Source: an uncultured Bacilli bacterium (GTDB lineage Bacteria > Bacillota_I > Bacilli_A > RF39 > UBA660). Taken from it: a stretch of 64,000 nt of DNA. A model generated the notes under the pieces. That model ran no database searches. It was not told where the DNA came from and saw only the letters and a program-made list of their open reading frames with translations. Of the stretch, positions 29,551 to 39,471 are shown in pieces. A program made the translations under genes and the position numbers. The stretch's first letter is position 1. Each line of letters opens with the position of its first letter. The stretch covers positions 14,435 to 78,434 of the forward strand of contig CANQZC010000001.1 of assembly GCA_947628235.1 (NCBI GenBank), given 5' to 3'.

Positions 29551-29790
29551 ATGGTCAAAGTAGATGTGGAAAACGGATACTACCTTTTTAAGTTAGATGA
29601 TTTATTAAATCGTGGTTGTATCAGTAAAAATCAATTGATGCGAGATACCAATACAGATTTTAAAGTACTGCAACGAATTATTCGTGGAGATCTATCGAAA
29701 ATCGATGTTACGGTATTTGCTCGTCTATGTGACTATTTTGATTGTTCTCTAGATTCTATTGTAGAATATGTACCTAATGACACACATTAG
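29551..29790 (+). CDS. small XRE/YozG-like HTH transcriptional regulator
   Basis: Sequence ISKNQLMRDTNTDFKVLQRIIRGDLSKIDVTVFARLCDYFDCSLDSIV. Confidence 0.6.
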   Translation: MVKVDVENGYYLFKLDDLLNRGCISKNQLMRDTNTDFKVLQRIIRGDLSKIDVTVFARLCDYFDCSLDSIVEYVPNDTH

Positions 29791-29823
29791 GTATTTTTCA
29801 TAAAAAAGCAGTAAAAAATTTTT

Positions 29824-31869
29824 TTACTGCTTTTCTTCTTCTACCATTGCTTCTTTATTGGTTCTCATATCGAGTGTCGCTTCATTAACCGCGTCATCAA
29901 TTGTTTTAATAGCATCATTGATAACACTGTATCCAGTAGCGGCTCCAAAGCCATGGCTTAATTCTTTTAACTCTTTATTTAACTTGCGAATGTAAGAAAC
30001 AGCTTGTTTCTCTTCATATTCTACGAGATAAATCAAGAACTCATTTCCATCCGTACGGATGATTTCAGAACGAGGCATCTGGGTTTGAATTAAAATATTA
30101 GCTGCCTCAGTGATAACTTTATCCCCTTCTTCATGACCAAAGTTATCATTAATATACGCAATATTATTTAAGTCAACGATAATAATAATCTGTGGATATA
30201 CTTCCGAATTGTCCCATTTTTCAATATTATCATTTAAATAAGCACGATTCTTTAAAGAAGTTAAAGAGTCAATATAACGAATCTTTTCATCTTTCGTTAA
30301 GTTTTTCTTTCTTCTCTTCTTAAAGAATGCGAATACTCTTTTAGCGTTATGTAAGAACTGAACTACTACGATAAACGCTAATACGGCAATCGTTACTAAG
30401 TAATAAACTTCTTTTCGTTCTACTGTAAAAATCTGACTGTAACTTTCATTTACCATGGATTGAATTGGCATATATTCTAGATAAAAATCAAACAGTTGCG
30501 CAAATAATTTATCTTCTTCTTGAACCATATATCCATAATTACTATCTAAGGTAAATAGATAACTAATCTTATAAGAAGCAAATTGATTCGTCTTATAATA
30601 TTCGTAGTTCTCTAAATCGGTTGCAATCAAAGTATCTTTAGAAGCATGTTTTAACATTTCTGTTACAGAATCATAAACTTCTGGCGTAATCCCATGATCT
30701 AATAGGTATTTCTCAATCTTTGTACCACGAACTGCTAGTACCTTCTCTGCTTGTAAAGATGCTAAAGTAGAAATACTCTTGGCTTGTTCTACTGGGGATA
30801 AGATAACCGTATTAGAACGAATTGGTTCTACGGTTGCATACCCTTTTTCTACCGTTCCAGAATAAGGATTGAAGAAGAAATCAACCTTTCCTTCTTGGAA
30901 AGCAGTAAGGAGTGCTTCTTTTCCACTATATCCTTTTTGATATTCCATATCGATATTAGCGAACTCCGCAAATCCTTTAATTAAAGAATAGTTAATTCCC
31001 ATCAATTCTTTATTGGTAATCTTATCATAAGCTCCACTTTCTACGAAGGCATAAATATAAGATTTCTCACGAAGCGTTGTTCTTTCTTTTTCAGTTACAT
31101 TTTTGAAATTAAAATAAGTATCTAAGATATTTTCATAGTAAGATTCTTTAAATTTATCTTTATACCAATTTTGATAGGTTTTTGAAATAATACTATTTAA
31201 AGTATCTTCTCCACGAAGAGATAATACATACGTCTTAGATAACTCCAAAAGATGATAAGCGATATGATAGTCATGCGTTAAAATTTGATCATAAGATAAT
31301 GTCTTTAGACCAATCACTCCTGTAAGAGTACTATCTTGGGCTTGAAATGCTTCCCATAAACTATCCTTTGTCTCATAGGCAACATAGGTAATTTGTGGAA
31401 CAGATAAATATTTTTGAATATTTTCTTGATCAGATTTTAAAATACCTACCGTCATCGTTGGAAATTCTTCCGGAGAAGTATAAACTTTCTTCTCCTTCGT
31501 AATCAATACATAATTATCATTTAAAATGGCAATTTGATTTTCTGCCACTTCATCTACTAATTCAATAGCGTATTCTTTAGAACTTACATCACTGAAAGTC
31601 TCATAGGCAACTTCTTGAAAATTAAGATTGGTCTTTCTTTCTAAAGAAGTTAAAAAATCAAAGAACATTCCCTCTCCCATATAGGTAAGAGAAGCAATAT
31701 CTCTTGGAAGATAGATATCAACGACATTATTTTTATTGGATTCTAGCCATTGTTCTTCCTTAGAATTAAAGGAATTACTGCCGTTCCTTGAAAAATAGAA
31801 ATATCCTCCAACAAGAGCCCCTATCAAAAGAACCAGGACAAGGAGAATCAAAAACTTTTTCTTTTTCAT
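29824..31869 (-). CDS. membrane sensor with large extracytoplasmic domain and degenerate GGDEF domain (RTDGNEF)
   Basis: The C-terminal domain aligns to a GGDEF domain, but the signature reads DGNEF. One TM segment lies after a ~480 aa N-terminal domain. Confidence 0.6.
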   Translation of the reverse strand: MKKKKFLILLVLVLLIGALVGGYFYFSRNGSNSFNSKEEQWLESNKNNVVDIYLPRDIASLTYMGEGMFFDFLTSLERKTNLNFQEVAYETFSDVSSKEYAIELVDEVAENQIAILNDNYVLITKEKKVYTSPEEFPTMTVGILKSDQENIQKYLSVPQITYVAYETKDSLWEAFQAQDSTLTGVIGLKTLSYDQILTHDYHIAYHLLELSKTYVLSLRGEDTLNSIISKTYQNWYKDKFKESYYENILDTYFNFKNVTEKERTTLREKSYIYAFVESGAYDKITNKELMGINYSLIKGFAEFANIDMEYQKGYSGKEALLTAFQEGKVDFFFNPYSGTVEKGYATVEPIRSNTVILSPVEQAKSISTLASLQAEKVLAVRGTKIEKYLLDHGITPEVYDSVTEMLKHASKDTLIATDLENYEYYKTNQFASYKISYLFTLDSNYGYMVQEEDKLFAQLFDFYLEYMPIQSMVNESYSQIFTVERKEVYYLVTIAVLAFIVVVQFLHNAKRVFAFFKKRRKKNLTKDEKIRYIDSLTSLKNRAYLNDNIEKWDNSEVYPQIIIIVDLNNIAYINDNFGHEEGDKVITEAANILIQTQMPRSEIIRTDGNEFLIYLVEYEEKQAVSYIRKLNKELKELSHGFGAATGYSVINDAIKTIDDAVNEATLDMRTNKEAMVEEEKQ

Positions 31870-31877
31870 AACTACTC

Positions 31878-32360
31878 CTAACTCCAAACAAAATGGGCAT
31901 TACTTGTTCCATTCATCATTTTATGTTTGGTACCCATTATTGGATAATTTTCACTTTCTTCTACACCACTATCTGCCATGATTTCTAAATCATAGTACTT
32001 TAGTTCTTCTTCTGTAAAGGCTTTGATAATATCATCAGACATTGTCTTTACTTTCGAAGGAGATACGGAATCATCTACCGTAATAACAATATCAATTAGA
32101 TTGCATTTGATATCGATATCTTCTAGTTTCATATTCTCATTGGCTTCGACAACTTCTTTGATAGTTTTCTTTCTCTCTTCACTAATCATAATACTTTCTG
32201 TAAGATCACATCTATCTCCATAAACCCCTTGTTTTTCATTAGGAGATAACCGCTGATAGATTTTTACTAACATAAATCCTAATAGAAAAAGGATTACTAA
32301 AACGACCCCTAAAATAATTAATTTTTTCTTATGTTTTTTTAAAAAGGATTGAACTTTCAT
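31878..32360 (-). CDS. hypothetical membrane-anchored protein
   Basis: ORF with N-terminal TM segment. Confidence 0.45.
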   Translation of the reverse strand: MKVQSFLKKHKKKLIILGVVLVILFLLGFMLVKIYQRLSPNEKQGVYGDRCDLTESIMISEERKKTIKEVVEANENMKLEDIDIKCNLIDIVITVDDSVSPSKVKTMSDDIIKAFTEEELKYYDLEIMADSGVEESENYPIMGTKHKMMNGTSNAHFVWS

Positions 32361-32457
32361 TCTTTCACCTCAGTATCCATTATACTATAAAATCCCCTTT
32401 TAGTAAATAACAGTTTCTCGATACTAGACATTTCTAAAAGAGAAAAGAAAAAGAGGA

Positions 32458-32889
32458 TTACTCCTCTACTACAGTTTCTTTTTCTTTCGTTTTTAATTTT
32501 TCTAATACTTCTTTAGAAACATCATTTGCTTTATCACGAATAGCAGATGCAGTCTTCTCCATGACAGGAGTTCCCTTCTCTACTACATAGTCAAATAATT
32601 CTTGACACATCTCTTGAAGTTTCTTTGCTTTTGCTTTAGCAATAGCGAAAACTTTCTCTTTGTCTAAGTCTTCGATGCTCTCTTTAATTTCCGCAATCTT
32701 CATTTCGATGTTTTCTTTTACATCTTCCATATTTAATTCTTTGGCTTTGCGATAAAGTTCTTCTAATTTTGCCTTTAATTCGGCTCTTGTTTCGCTTCCT
32801 TTTTTAGGCGCAAATAAAACTCCTAATCCTGCTCCAATCGCAAGTCCTGCAACAAACTTTCCAAATCCACTTTTTTCCTTTTTACTCAT
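32458..32889 (-). CDS. YtxH-like protein
   Basis: MSKKEKSGFGKFVAGLAIGAGLGVLFAPKKGSETRAELKAKLEEL. Confidence 0.6.
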   Translation of the reverse strand: MSKKEKSGFGKFVAGLAIGAGLGVLFAPKKGSETRAELKAKLEELYRKAKELNMEDVKENIEMKIAEIKESIEDLDKEKVFAIAKAKAKKLQEMCQELFDYVVEKGTPVMEKTASAIRDKANDVSKEVLEKLKTKEKETVVEE

Positions 32890-33175
32890 CGTTTCTACTT
32901 CCTTTCTTTTTTCTTTTTCCAACAATGAAATGAATGGCATTGGTAATTCCACTAACTACCTTATCACTAATACTTGCTGCATAATCGGTTACTTTATCAA
33001 TCATGTCAAATAGACCATCAACTTTCACCATCTTTTGATTGACATCATCTAGTACTTGATCTACTTTTCCTAATGTCTTAATTAATCTTATGACTAGTAC
33101 AATAAGCGCTATGACAAAAATGATTAAAACAATATACAATATAATTGGTAATAATACTTCTAAATTGACCGTCAC
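32882..33175 (-). CDS. DUF948/YtxG-like membrane protein
   Basis: N-terminal TM segment followed by a helical region, adjacent to the ytxH-like gene. Confidence 0.5.
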   Translation of the reverse strand: MTVNLEVLLPIILYIVLIIFVIALIVLVIRLIKTLGKVDQVLDDVNQKMVKVDGLFDMIDKVTDYAASISDKVVSGITNAIHFIVGKRKKKGSRNDE

Positions 33176-34053
33176 TATTCTTCTTCCCCTTCCTCATACA
33201 TGGAATCAATTAAATTGAATAAGTCACTAGAAGAAATCTCTTCTTCCTTCTTCTTTTTCTTTCCTTTATCTTTTTCCTTTTCTTTTTCAGGAGTTTCTGT
33301 AGGAACAAGTTTTTTATCTTTCTCCTTTTTTAAGAGAAGATTATCCAATTCTTTTGTAAGATCTACGGTAGCTTCCTCTAATTCTCGAATATTATTCTCT
33401 TTTTCGGTAATCGTATTTTCTTGTTCTTTTTCTTCTAATTCATCAAAAAGGTCCATACCATTATCGATAGGTTGTTCAACTTTAGGTTGTGGTGTCATCG
33501 CATCCTGTAAATCATCTTCTAAAGTTCCATAAGCTTTATTACGAATACTATCAACACTAAGTCCGTCCATGGAAGTATAACTTTCTTGCGAAGAAGGTTC
33601 TTTTCGGTCAATAATATCTTCTTTATGATAGTTCTTATCAAGAACTCCATAGACCGGAGAAATGATTGGTGTTGGTTTAAAATTTTGTTTCTCTTGACGA
33701 ACGATAGAAGTACTGCTGTAGGCTCCTCCGTATGGTTTTGGAGTCTCTTCTCTTTTTGGTTCTTCAGGAACTATCTTTTCTGGTTGTTTTCTTTCTTCCC
33801 TCGTTCTCTTTGGCGCTACTAAATCTTCAAAATCTCTATCCGTAAAGAAGATTGGTGTCTTTGACTCTACTGATTGTGAAACACTATTTTCTACTTCCTC
33901 TATCTCTTCTTTTTCTGGTACTTTTTCTACACTAGGGCTTTCGATAGGAACACTTCTTACTTCCTTTTTAATTTGTTCTACCTTAACTTCCTCTTCTTCC
34001 TCATCTTCTACTTCTTCCGTAAAGATGCTTTTTATTTTATCTACTAATCCCAT
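33175..34053 (-). CDS. highly acidic, low-complexity protein (E/K-rich)
   Basis: 292 aa ORF with EEEEE and KEKEK tracts. Confidence 0.45.
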   Translation of the reverse strand: MGLVDKIKSIFTEEVEDEEEEEVKVEQIKKEVRSVPIESPSVEKVPEKEEIEEVENSVSQSVESKTPIFFTDRDFEDLVAPKRTREERKQPEKIVPEEPKREETPKPYGGAYSSTSIVRQEKQNFKPTPIISPVYGVLDKNYHKEDIIDRKEPSSQESYTSMDGLSVDSIRNKAYGTLEDDLQDAMTPQPKVEQPIDNGMDLFDELEEKEQENTITEKENNIRELEEATVDLTKELDNLLLKKEKDKKLVPTETPEKEKEKDKGKKKKKEEEISSSDLFNLIDSMYEEGEEE

Positions 34054-34078
34054 AATTCACCTTTTCCTTTTTTATATC

Positions 34079-34678
34079 CTAATCTGTCAATTGGTAACGG
34101 TCTTCTTGTGATTCATCTCTTTCAAAGACATCGTATGCTTCTTCGCGATTGGTAAAATATTCTTTATCCAACATCAAACTAATTACCTCCGAATTAAATT
34201 GAATCGTGGATAGAATGTAGGCGGAATTCAAAATGGCATCCTTTAAATCTGCCTCTGTTACTGCGGTTTCTATCTTCGCATGATTATAGACGAATTCCAC
34301 ATAATAGATTTGATCTTTCTTGGTAATCTCTAAATACCCTGCTTCTTCAAATCCATCCTCTTTCGATATTTTCCTAGAATAATAAACATCGTCTTTCTCT
34401 TGATAATCTACAATCTTTTGATTGTAATATCCAATGACATCCACATATAGATAGTAGTAATTTCCATTCGAATACAGTTTATCATTCAAATCATCAGTAT
34501 CGATATAGGTAACTCCTCTTGGTACATAGTATTTATACCCTTTCCCTACTCGATTATAAAGGGTATTTTCTTTCGATAATACCACGCTCACAATCGTATC
34601 TAGATTAGAAGTATCAATTCTAACCACGGTACAACCGCTAACCAAGAAGATGAGCAGAAAGGTTAATATTCTTTTCAT
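34079..34678 (-). CDS. hypothetical lipoprotein
   Basis: Lipobox LVSGCT. Confidence 0.5.
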   Translation of the reverse strand: MKRILTFLLIFLVSGCTVVRIDTSNLDTIVSVVLSKENTLYNRVGKGYKYYVPRGVTYIDTDDLNDKLYSNGNYYYLYVDVIGYYNQKIVDYQEKDDVYYSRKISKEDGFEEAGYLEITKKDQIYYVEFVYNHAKIETAVTEADLKDAILNSAYILSTIQFNSEVISLMLDKEYFTNREEAYDVFERDESQEDRYQLTD

Positions 34679-34732
34679 ACCCCACCTCTATATTTCATTA
34701 TATCAAAAACTATCTAGAATTTCTAGCATTTT

Positions 34733-35368
34733 CTATTTTTCTTTCCATACTTCTACTCGGTAGATAGGAAATCCCTTCTCATGAAACTTTTTTTCATATT
34801 CTGTAGGGACATTATTTTCTAATTCTTCTTGATAAATATCTAAACATAAATCGACGATTCGATATCCATAATCCGTCAATTCTTTGATAGAAAATTCAAA
34901 AAGATGACGATTGTCAGTCTTCATGAGAATTCTTTTATCTTTTTGAAAAAGAGAATCGTATTTCTTCAAAAAGTTTTGACTAGTTAATCTTCTGTTTGCA
35001 TGCCTCTTTTTAGGCCAAGGATCCGAAAAATTTAAATAGATAGTATTGATTTCTTTTTCAAAGACTTCCTCAATCTTATCTGCATCCATACGAATAAAGA
35101 ATAGATTAGGAAGTTCTTCTCCCTCTACTTTTTCTAAGGCACGAACGAGGACACTATCAAATTTTTCAATCCCAATAAAATTGATTTCAGGATATCGTTT
35201 GGCCATCTCGATTAAAAAAGAACCTTTTCCCATTCCAATCTCAATATGGATAGGATTAGAATTTCCAAACTTTCTAGCGAAGTTTCCCTTCCAAGAACTA
35301 GGGTCTAATATCATGTAGTTTGAATTTTCTATTTTTTCACTAGCTCCTTTGACATTTCTAAGACGCAT
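34733..35368 (-). CDS. trmB: tRNA (guanine46-N7)-methyltransferase
   Basis: Sequence HIEIGMGKGSFLIEMAKRYPEINFIGIE. Confidence 0.8.
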   Translation of the reverse strand: MRLRNVKGASEKIENSNYMILDPSSWKGNFARKFGNSNPIHIEIGMGKGSFLIEMAKRYPEINFIGIEKFDSVLVRALEKVEGEELPNLFFIRMDADKIEEVFEKEINTIYLNFSDPWPKKRHANRRLTSQNFLKKYDSLFQKDKRILMKTDNRHLFEFSIKELTDYGYRIVDLCLDIYQEELENNVPTEYEKKFHEKGFPIYRVEVWKEK

Positions 35369-35438
35369 ATCATCACCAATCTCATTATATCACATTTTCT
35401 ATCGACAAACATATAATGAATTAGACTAGGAGGAAATT

Positions 35439-35699
35439 ATGAGAAAAGATAGAAATTGTGGAATGCAGATACCTATGGTTCAAATGGGGGTACCACCTAT
35501 GATGGTTCCACCTGTAGCGCCAACTAGTTATTCCACACCACAGACCAGTCCTTATGTAACAACTTACAATAATGTCGAACAACAAATCAACAATTTAGAA
35601 CAGCAAGTTACGATGTTAGAAAACCGTGTTAGTAAATTAGAAAGTAAAGCCGGTAACTATACGAATAAATACAGTGATTCAAACTATTACATGTTATAA
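35439..35699 (+). CDS. hypothetical small Pro/Met-rich protein with C-terminal coiled coil
   Basis: ORF with RBS GGAGGA. Confidence 0.4.
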   Translation: MRKDRNCGMQIPMVQMGVPPMMVPPVAPTSYSTPQTSPYVTTYNNVEQQINNLEQQVTMLENRVSKLESKAGNYTNKYSDSNYYML

Positions 35700-35742
35700 T
35701 TCATCCCATTTTTCGCATACTATTCATAGAAAGGATAAAAAT

Positions 35743-35949
35743 ATGAATATAGATATTAGAAAAAGTATTGAAGCGAACTTTCAAAACTCTACGGAAAAAG
35801 AAATTGAAGAATCTATCGAGGAAGCTATCCAAGGAAAAGAGGAAGTGATTCTTCCTGGATTTGGAGTATTTTTTGAAATATTATGGGAGAATAGTACCAA
35901 AGAAGAACAAGATAGGATGTTGAAAATATTAAAAGAGAATCTAAGTTAG
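35743..35949 (+). CDS. sspI: small acid-soluble spore protein SspI-like
   Basis: MNIDIRKSIEANFQNSTEKEIEESIEEAIQGKEEVILPGFGVFFEILWENS matches the SspI pattern as I recall it. Confidence 0.5.
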   Translation: MNIDIRKSIEANFQNSTEKEIEESIEEAIQGKEEVILPGFGVFFEILWENSTKEEQDRMLKILKENLS

Positions 35950-35962
35950 ATTCTCTTTCTTT

Positions 35963-37333
35963 TTATAATTCAATTTTAGAAGCAATGTAAGCAGGTAACT
36001 CTTCTAGAGAAACAACTTCTTGTTCCATCGTATCTCTATCTCTTACCGTTACAGTTTGATGATTTAGCGTCTCATCATCGATAGTAACACAGAATGGTGT
36101 TCCCGCAATATCTTGTCTACGATACCGTTTTCCAATAGATGCTGTTTCATCATACATCGTCATAAACTTCTTACTTAACATCTCATATACTTCTTCCGCC
36201 TTTTCCCCATGATACTTCTTATTTAAAGGCAATACCGCTACTTTATAAGGCGCTAAAGCAGGATGAATCTTCATCACTTCTCTCGTTTCCCCATTTTCTA
36301 ATGTTTCTTCTTGATAAGCATTATCTAAAATAGCAAGAACTAAACGATCACAACCTACCGTAGATTCAATAATATAAGGAATGTATTTTTCATTATCGGT
36401 TGGATCTAAATATTCTTGAGATACCGTAGAATATTCTTGATGACGACTTAAGTCATAATTCGTACGATTATGAGTACCATTAATTTCTCCCCAACCAAAA
36501 CAGAATTCATATTCAATATCACAAGCAGATTTTGCATAGTGAGCAAGTTTTTCATGATCATGATATCTTAACTTTTCCGCTGGAATTCCTAAATCCATAA
36601 AGAATTTTTTAGCGTATTCTTTAAAATAGTCATATAATTCACTATCCATTCCCTCTTTACAGAATGTTTGATATTCCATCTGTTCAAATTCGATGGTACG
36701 GAAAGTAAAGTTTCCAGGCGTAATCTCATTTCGGAAAGCCTTTCCTACTTGACCTATACTAAATGGTAATTTAGCTCTCATAGAACGTTGAACACTTAAG
36801 AAGTTCACATATTCTCCTTGGGCATTTTCTGGTCGTAAATAAACTTTGTTCTTTCCATCTTCTGTAACTCCACGATGCGTTTCAAACATTAAATTGAATT
36901 GACGGATGTCTGTAAAATCACTTTTTCCACAATTTGGACATGGTATTTTATGATCTTTAATATATTGAACCATCTCATCTTGTGTCATTCCATCCGCATG
37001 AGCATTCTCATCAAAATCATTGATTAAGTTATCTGCTCTGTGACGCACTTTACAGTGTTTACAATCAATTAATGGGTCAGAGAAAGAAGCAACATGTCCA
37101 GATGCTTCCCAAACTCTAGGATGCATCAAAATAGCAGCATCTACCTCATAAGCATTGGCTCTTTCTTGAATAAAGCGCTTTCTCCAAGCATCTTTAATAT
37201 TATTTTTTAAACGACTTCCTAAAGGACCATAATCCCAAGTATTGGCAAGTCCTCCATAAATCTCACTTCCTTGAAAAATAAATCCATATGTCTTACATAC
37301 ATTGACTAATTTTTCCATTGTTAATTTTTCCAT
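35963..37333 (-). CDS. glyQS: glycine--tRNA ligase (alpha2 homodimeric type)
   Basis: MEKLTMEKLVNVCKTYGFIFQGSEIYGG...; RBS GGGAGG. Confidence 0.9.
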   Translation of the reverse strand: MEKLTMEKLVNVCKTYGFIFQGSEIYGGLANTWDYGPLGSRLKNNIKDAWRKRFIQERANAYEVDAAILMHPRVWEASGHVASFSDPLIDCKHCKVRHRADNLINDFDENAHADGMTQDEMVQYIKDHKIPCPNCGKSDFTDIRQFNLMFETHRGVTEDGKNKVYLRPENAQGEYVNFLSVQRSMRAKLPFSIGQVGKAFRNEITPGNFTFRTIEFEQMEYQTFCKEGMDSELYDYFKEYAKKFFMDLGIPAEKLRYHDHEKLAHYAKSACDIEYEFCFGWGEINGTHNRTNYDLSRHQEYSTVSQEYLDPTDNEKYIPYIIESTVGCDRLVLAILDNAYQEETLENGETREVMKIHPALAPYKVAVLPLNKKYHGEKAEEVYEMLSKKFMTMYDETASIGKRYRRQDIAGTPFCVTIDDETLNHQTVTVRDRDTMEQEVVSLEELPAYIASKIEL

Positions 37334-37349
37334 ATATTTCCTCCCTTTT

Positions 37350-38168
37350 CTATTTTTCTTCTCCACTCGTTGGTAGAGTAAACATCTCATTATTTCGTTT
37401 CATATAACGATAAATTTTTTCTTTTAATTGTGGTGCTTTATCAATTCCCGTTACATAGATGCTCCCTCGATTGTAAGCAACACATTCTTTATCATTCCAT
37501 CTCATGGAAGAAAAGCCTCCATTTTGTTGTGCAAATAAAGATATGATATCCTCCATATTCGCAATTTCTTCTGGATGGATAGTACCATCTTCGTTTTCAT
37601 CGGTATGATAGTAAGCGGTATATCTTGGACTATCGAGAAGGGAATCTCCTCCTTCATATCGAACACTTCTTCCTCTTCGAAAAGAAGAACTATCAAAGAT
37701 TCCTAACGATAGATTGATAACTTTTCCTTGCGCTAATTTCTTCGTTACAAAATGATATCCATCATCTAAACTTCTTCGTTCTAACTTCCCTATCGTATCT
37801 TGAAATTTTAGAATGGCAAAATCGGTAAAGTAAATATCTAATCCTTCCGTTTCTACTTCTACACATTGCTCATAAAAGTGGCGAAATCTAGGTGGTAATA
37901 ACAAATTGTTTCCGCGATAGAATCCGGTAATGAATCTACCTTCTAATTCAGCATCGATTAATTCTCTTGCGAATGTTTTGGTATTTTCTCTACTAATCGC
38001 TTTCAATACTTCCTGTCTTTGTAAAGAGATATGCGATGGTAAATTTAAAAACTGTGCTTTAAAATCAATTCTAACGCATGGTTTTCCTTTTTTACTCATA
38101 TCTTTACAAGCAATGATTAATTCTCTTTTTTCCTGTTTTACAAAATCTTCTACTGCAACATTTTTCAT
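37350..38168 (-). CDS. hypothetical 272 aa protein, first gene of T-box-led glyQS operon
   Basis: Strong RBS AGGAGGAttt-ATG directly downstream of the T-box leader; no recognisable motif. Confidence 0.55.
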   Translation of the reverse strand: MKNVAVEDFVKQEKRELIIACKDMSKKGKPCVRIDFKAQFLNLPSHISLQRQEVLKAISRENTKTFARELIDAELEGRFITGFYRGNNLLLPPRFRHFYEQCVEVETEGLDIYFTDFAILKFQDTIGKLERRSLDDGYHFVTKKLAQGKVINLSLGIFDSSSFRRGRSVRYEGGDSLLDSPRYTAYYHTDENEDGTIHPEEIANMEDIISLFAQQNGGFSSMRWNDKECVAYNRGSIYVTGIDKAPQLKEKIYRYMKRNNEMFTLPTSGEEK

Positions 38169-38169
38169 A

Positions 38170-38330
38170 AATCCTCCTGAAAATAAAAAAACTCCCAGAA
38201 TTGATAGGGACGAATAATCTCCGCGGTTCCACCCTATTTATTCTAGAAGAATCTCTCTTAAATATATTGCTCGAGGTTGCCAAGCCCGTCATCACATTGA
38301 TATTTCTTATTTTAATACAAACTATCTAGA
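38170..38330 (-). promoter_or_regulatory. T-box leader (conserved T-box motif AAUAGGGUGGAACCGCGG, then U7)
   Basis: Exact match to the T-box core motif at 38211-38225 (minus strand). A 4-bp UCCC/GGGA stem plus U-run lies at 38184-38210; the terminator helix is only weakly resolved. Confidence 0.55.
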
Positions 38331-38333
38331 TTG

Positions 38334-39071
38334 TCAAGCCAGTTTGGCGAGTTCGCGAATGAAGTTTTTGCTCTTTAAATAAAGACCTGTATAGCGATCA
38401 TAATAGTGATCTAAAAACTCATTAATCTCTTTTTTGACTTGCTCTCCTACTTCTAGATGTTCAATTTTTGCAACATCCACATAGTAATACATACGAATCA
38501 GTTGAATAGCTTTCTTAGAAATGATAGGTTCGGTCGTTCGACAATGTGAACAAAGATATCCTCCCTTATCACTAGAAAGCGTTATGATGTTGTTCTTCCT
38601 TCCACAGAGAGAACAAGCATCCAAGACTGGTAATACCCCTAAATAATCTAGGTATTTTAATTCTATCATATTCATGATGACGAGGGCATCGAATCCTTCT
38701 TCAATCTTAATTAAACTCGTAATGAGAAGTTCATAAACTTCCTCTTTGGATACCGTTTGTTTCGCTACTTGTTCGGATAAATCCATTAAAAAGGAAGCAT
38801 AACTTAATTTTTCAATATCTTTTTTGATATTTTTAAAAGGATTTAAAATACTTACTTCGGAAAGAATCGATAATTTATCTTTTTTATAATGAATCGTAAA
38901 ATGTCCATAACTAAATTTTTCCGTCACACTACGAAGAGGGCTCTTTAATGTACGACATCCATGAACCATCATTCCTATCATGCCATATTCCTTCGTAAAT
39001 ACTTGAATAATCTTACTTGTCTCCCCATAAGGCTTTTCATTTAAGACAATTCCTTCGACAATTTCATTCAT
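38334..39071 (-). CDS. recO: DNA repair protein RecO
   Basis: N-terminal OB fold and a Cys4 zinc motif (CSLCG...CSHC). Confidence 0.8.
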   Translation of the reverse strand: MNEIVEGIVLNEKPYGETSKIIQVFTKEYGMIGMMVHGCRTLKSPLRSVTEKFSYGHFTIHYKKDKLSILSEVSILNPFKNIKKDIEKLSYASFLMDLSEQVAKQTVSKEEVYELLITSLIKIEEGFDALVIMNMIELKYLDYLGVLPVLDACSLCGRKNNIITLSSDKGGYLCSHCRTTEPIISKKAIQLIRMYYYVDVAKIEHLEVGEQVKKEINEFLDHYYDRYTGLYLKSKNFIRELAKLA

Positions 39072-39074
39072 ACT

Positions 39075-39338
39075 TCACCTAAAATATACTTGATCATCTA
39101 CTTGTTCAAAACGGTATTCTTGAACACAATCCGGATTTTTCTTTTTATCTACTTTCTCTTGAAAATGTTCTAAAGAACGAACCCATATGGTTCGATCATT
39201 TCCTAAAGATTCATAGACAACCATCTCTTCTGGCTCTTCTTGATTCTTTCCTTCGGAAGACTTAGCTAGACAAATTACCCGATAATAATTTCCACTAATG
39301 TGTCTATAAATCTTTCCGACGATAATATTCCTTTCCAT
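39075..39338 (-). CDS. DUF1653-like small protein
   Basis: Sequence YRHISGNYYRV...VVYESL...WVRSLEHF. Confidence 0.45.
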   Translation of the reverse strand: MERNIIVGKIYRHISGNYYRVICLAKSSEGKNQEEPEEMVVYESLGNDRTIWVRSLEHFQEKVDKKKNPDCVQEYRFEQVDDQVYFR

Positions 39339-39471
39339 TTAACTCTCTCCTAACTTCTTCTTTATAGCGAAGATAGTATTCAATTTTTCCTGTCGTTACA
39401 AATAAGCTCCATAATAAATTTTTCATACCATCACCATTACCATGATGTGTCAAAAAAATCTATTTTATACA

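Noticed and set aside
38184-38210. Clear T-box terminator helix
   Set aside because: Only a 4-bp UCCC/GGGA stem precedes the U7 run. I could not fold a convincing terminator or antiterminator pair by eye, so the leader is reported on the strength of the T-box core motif alone.
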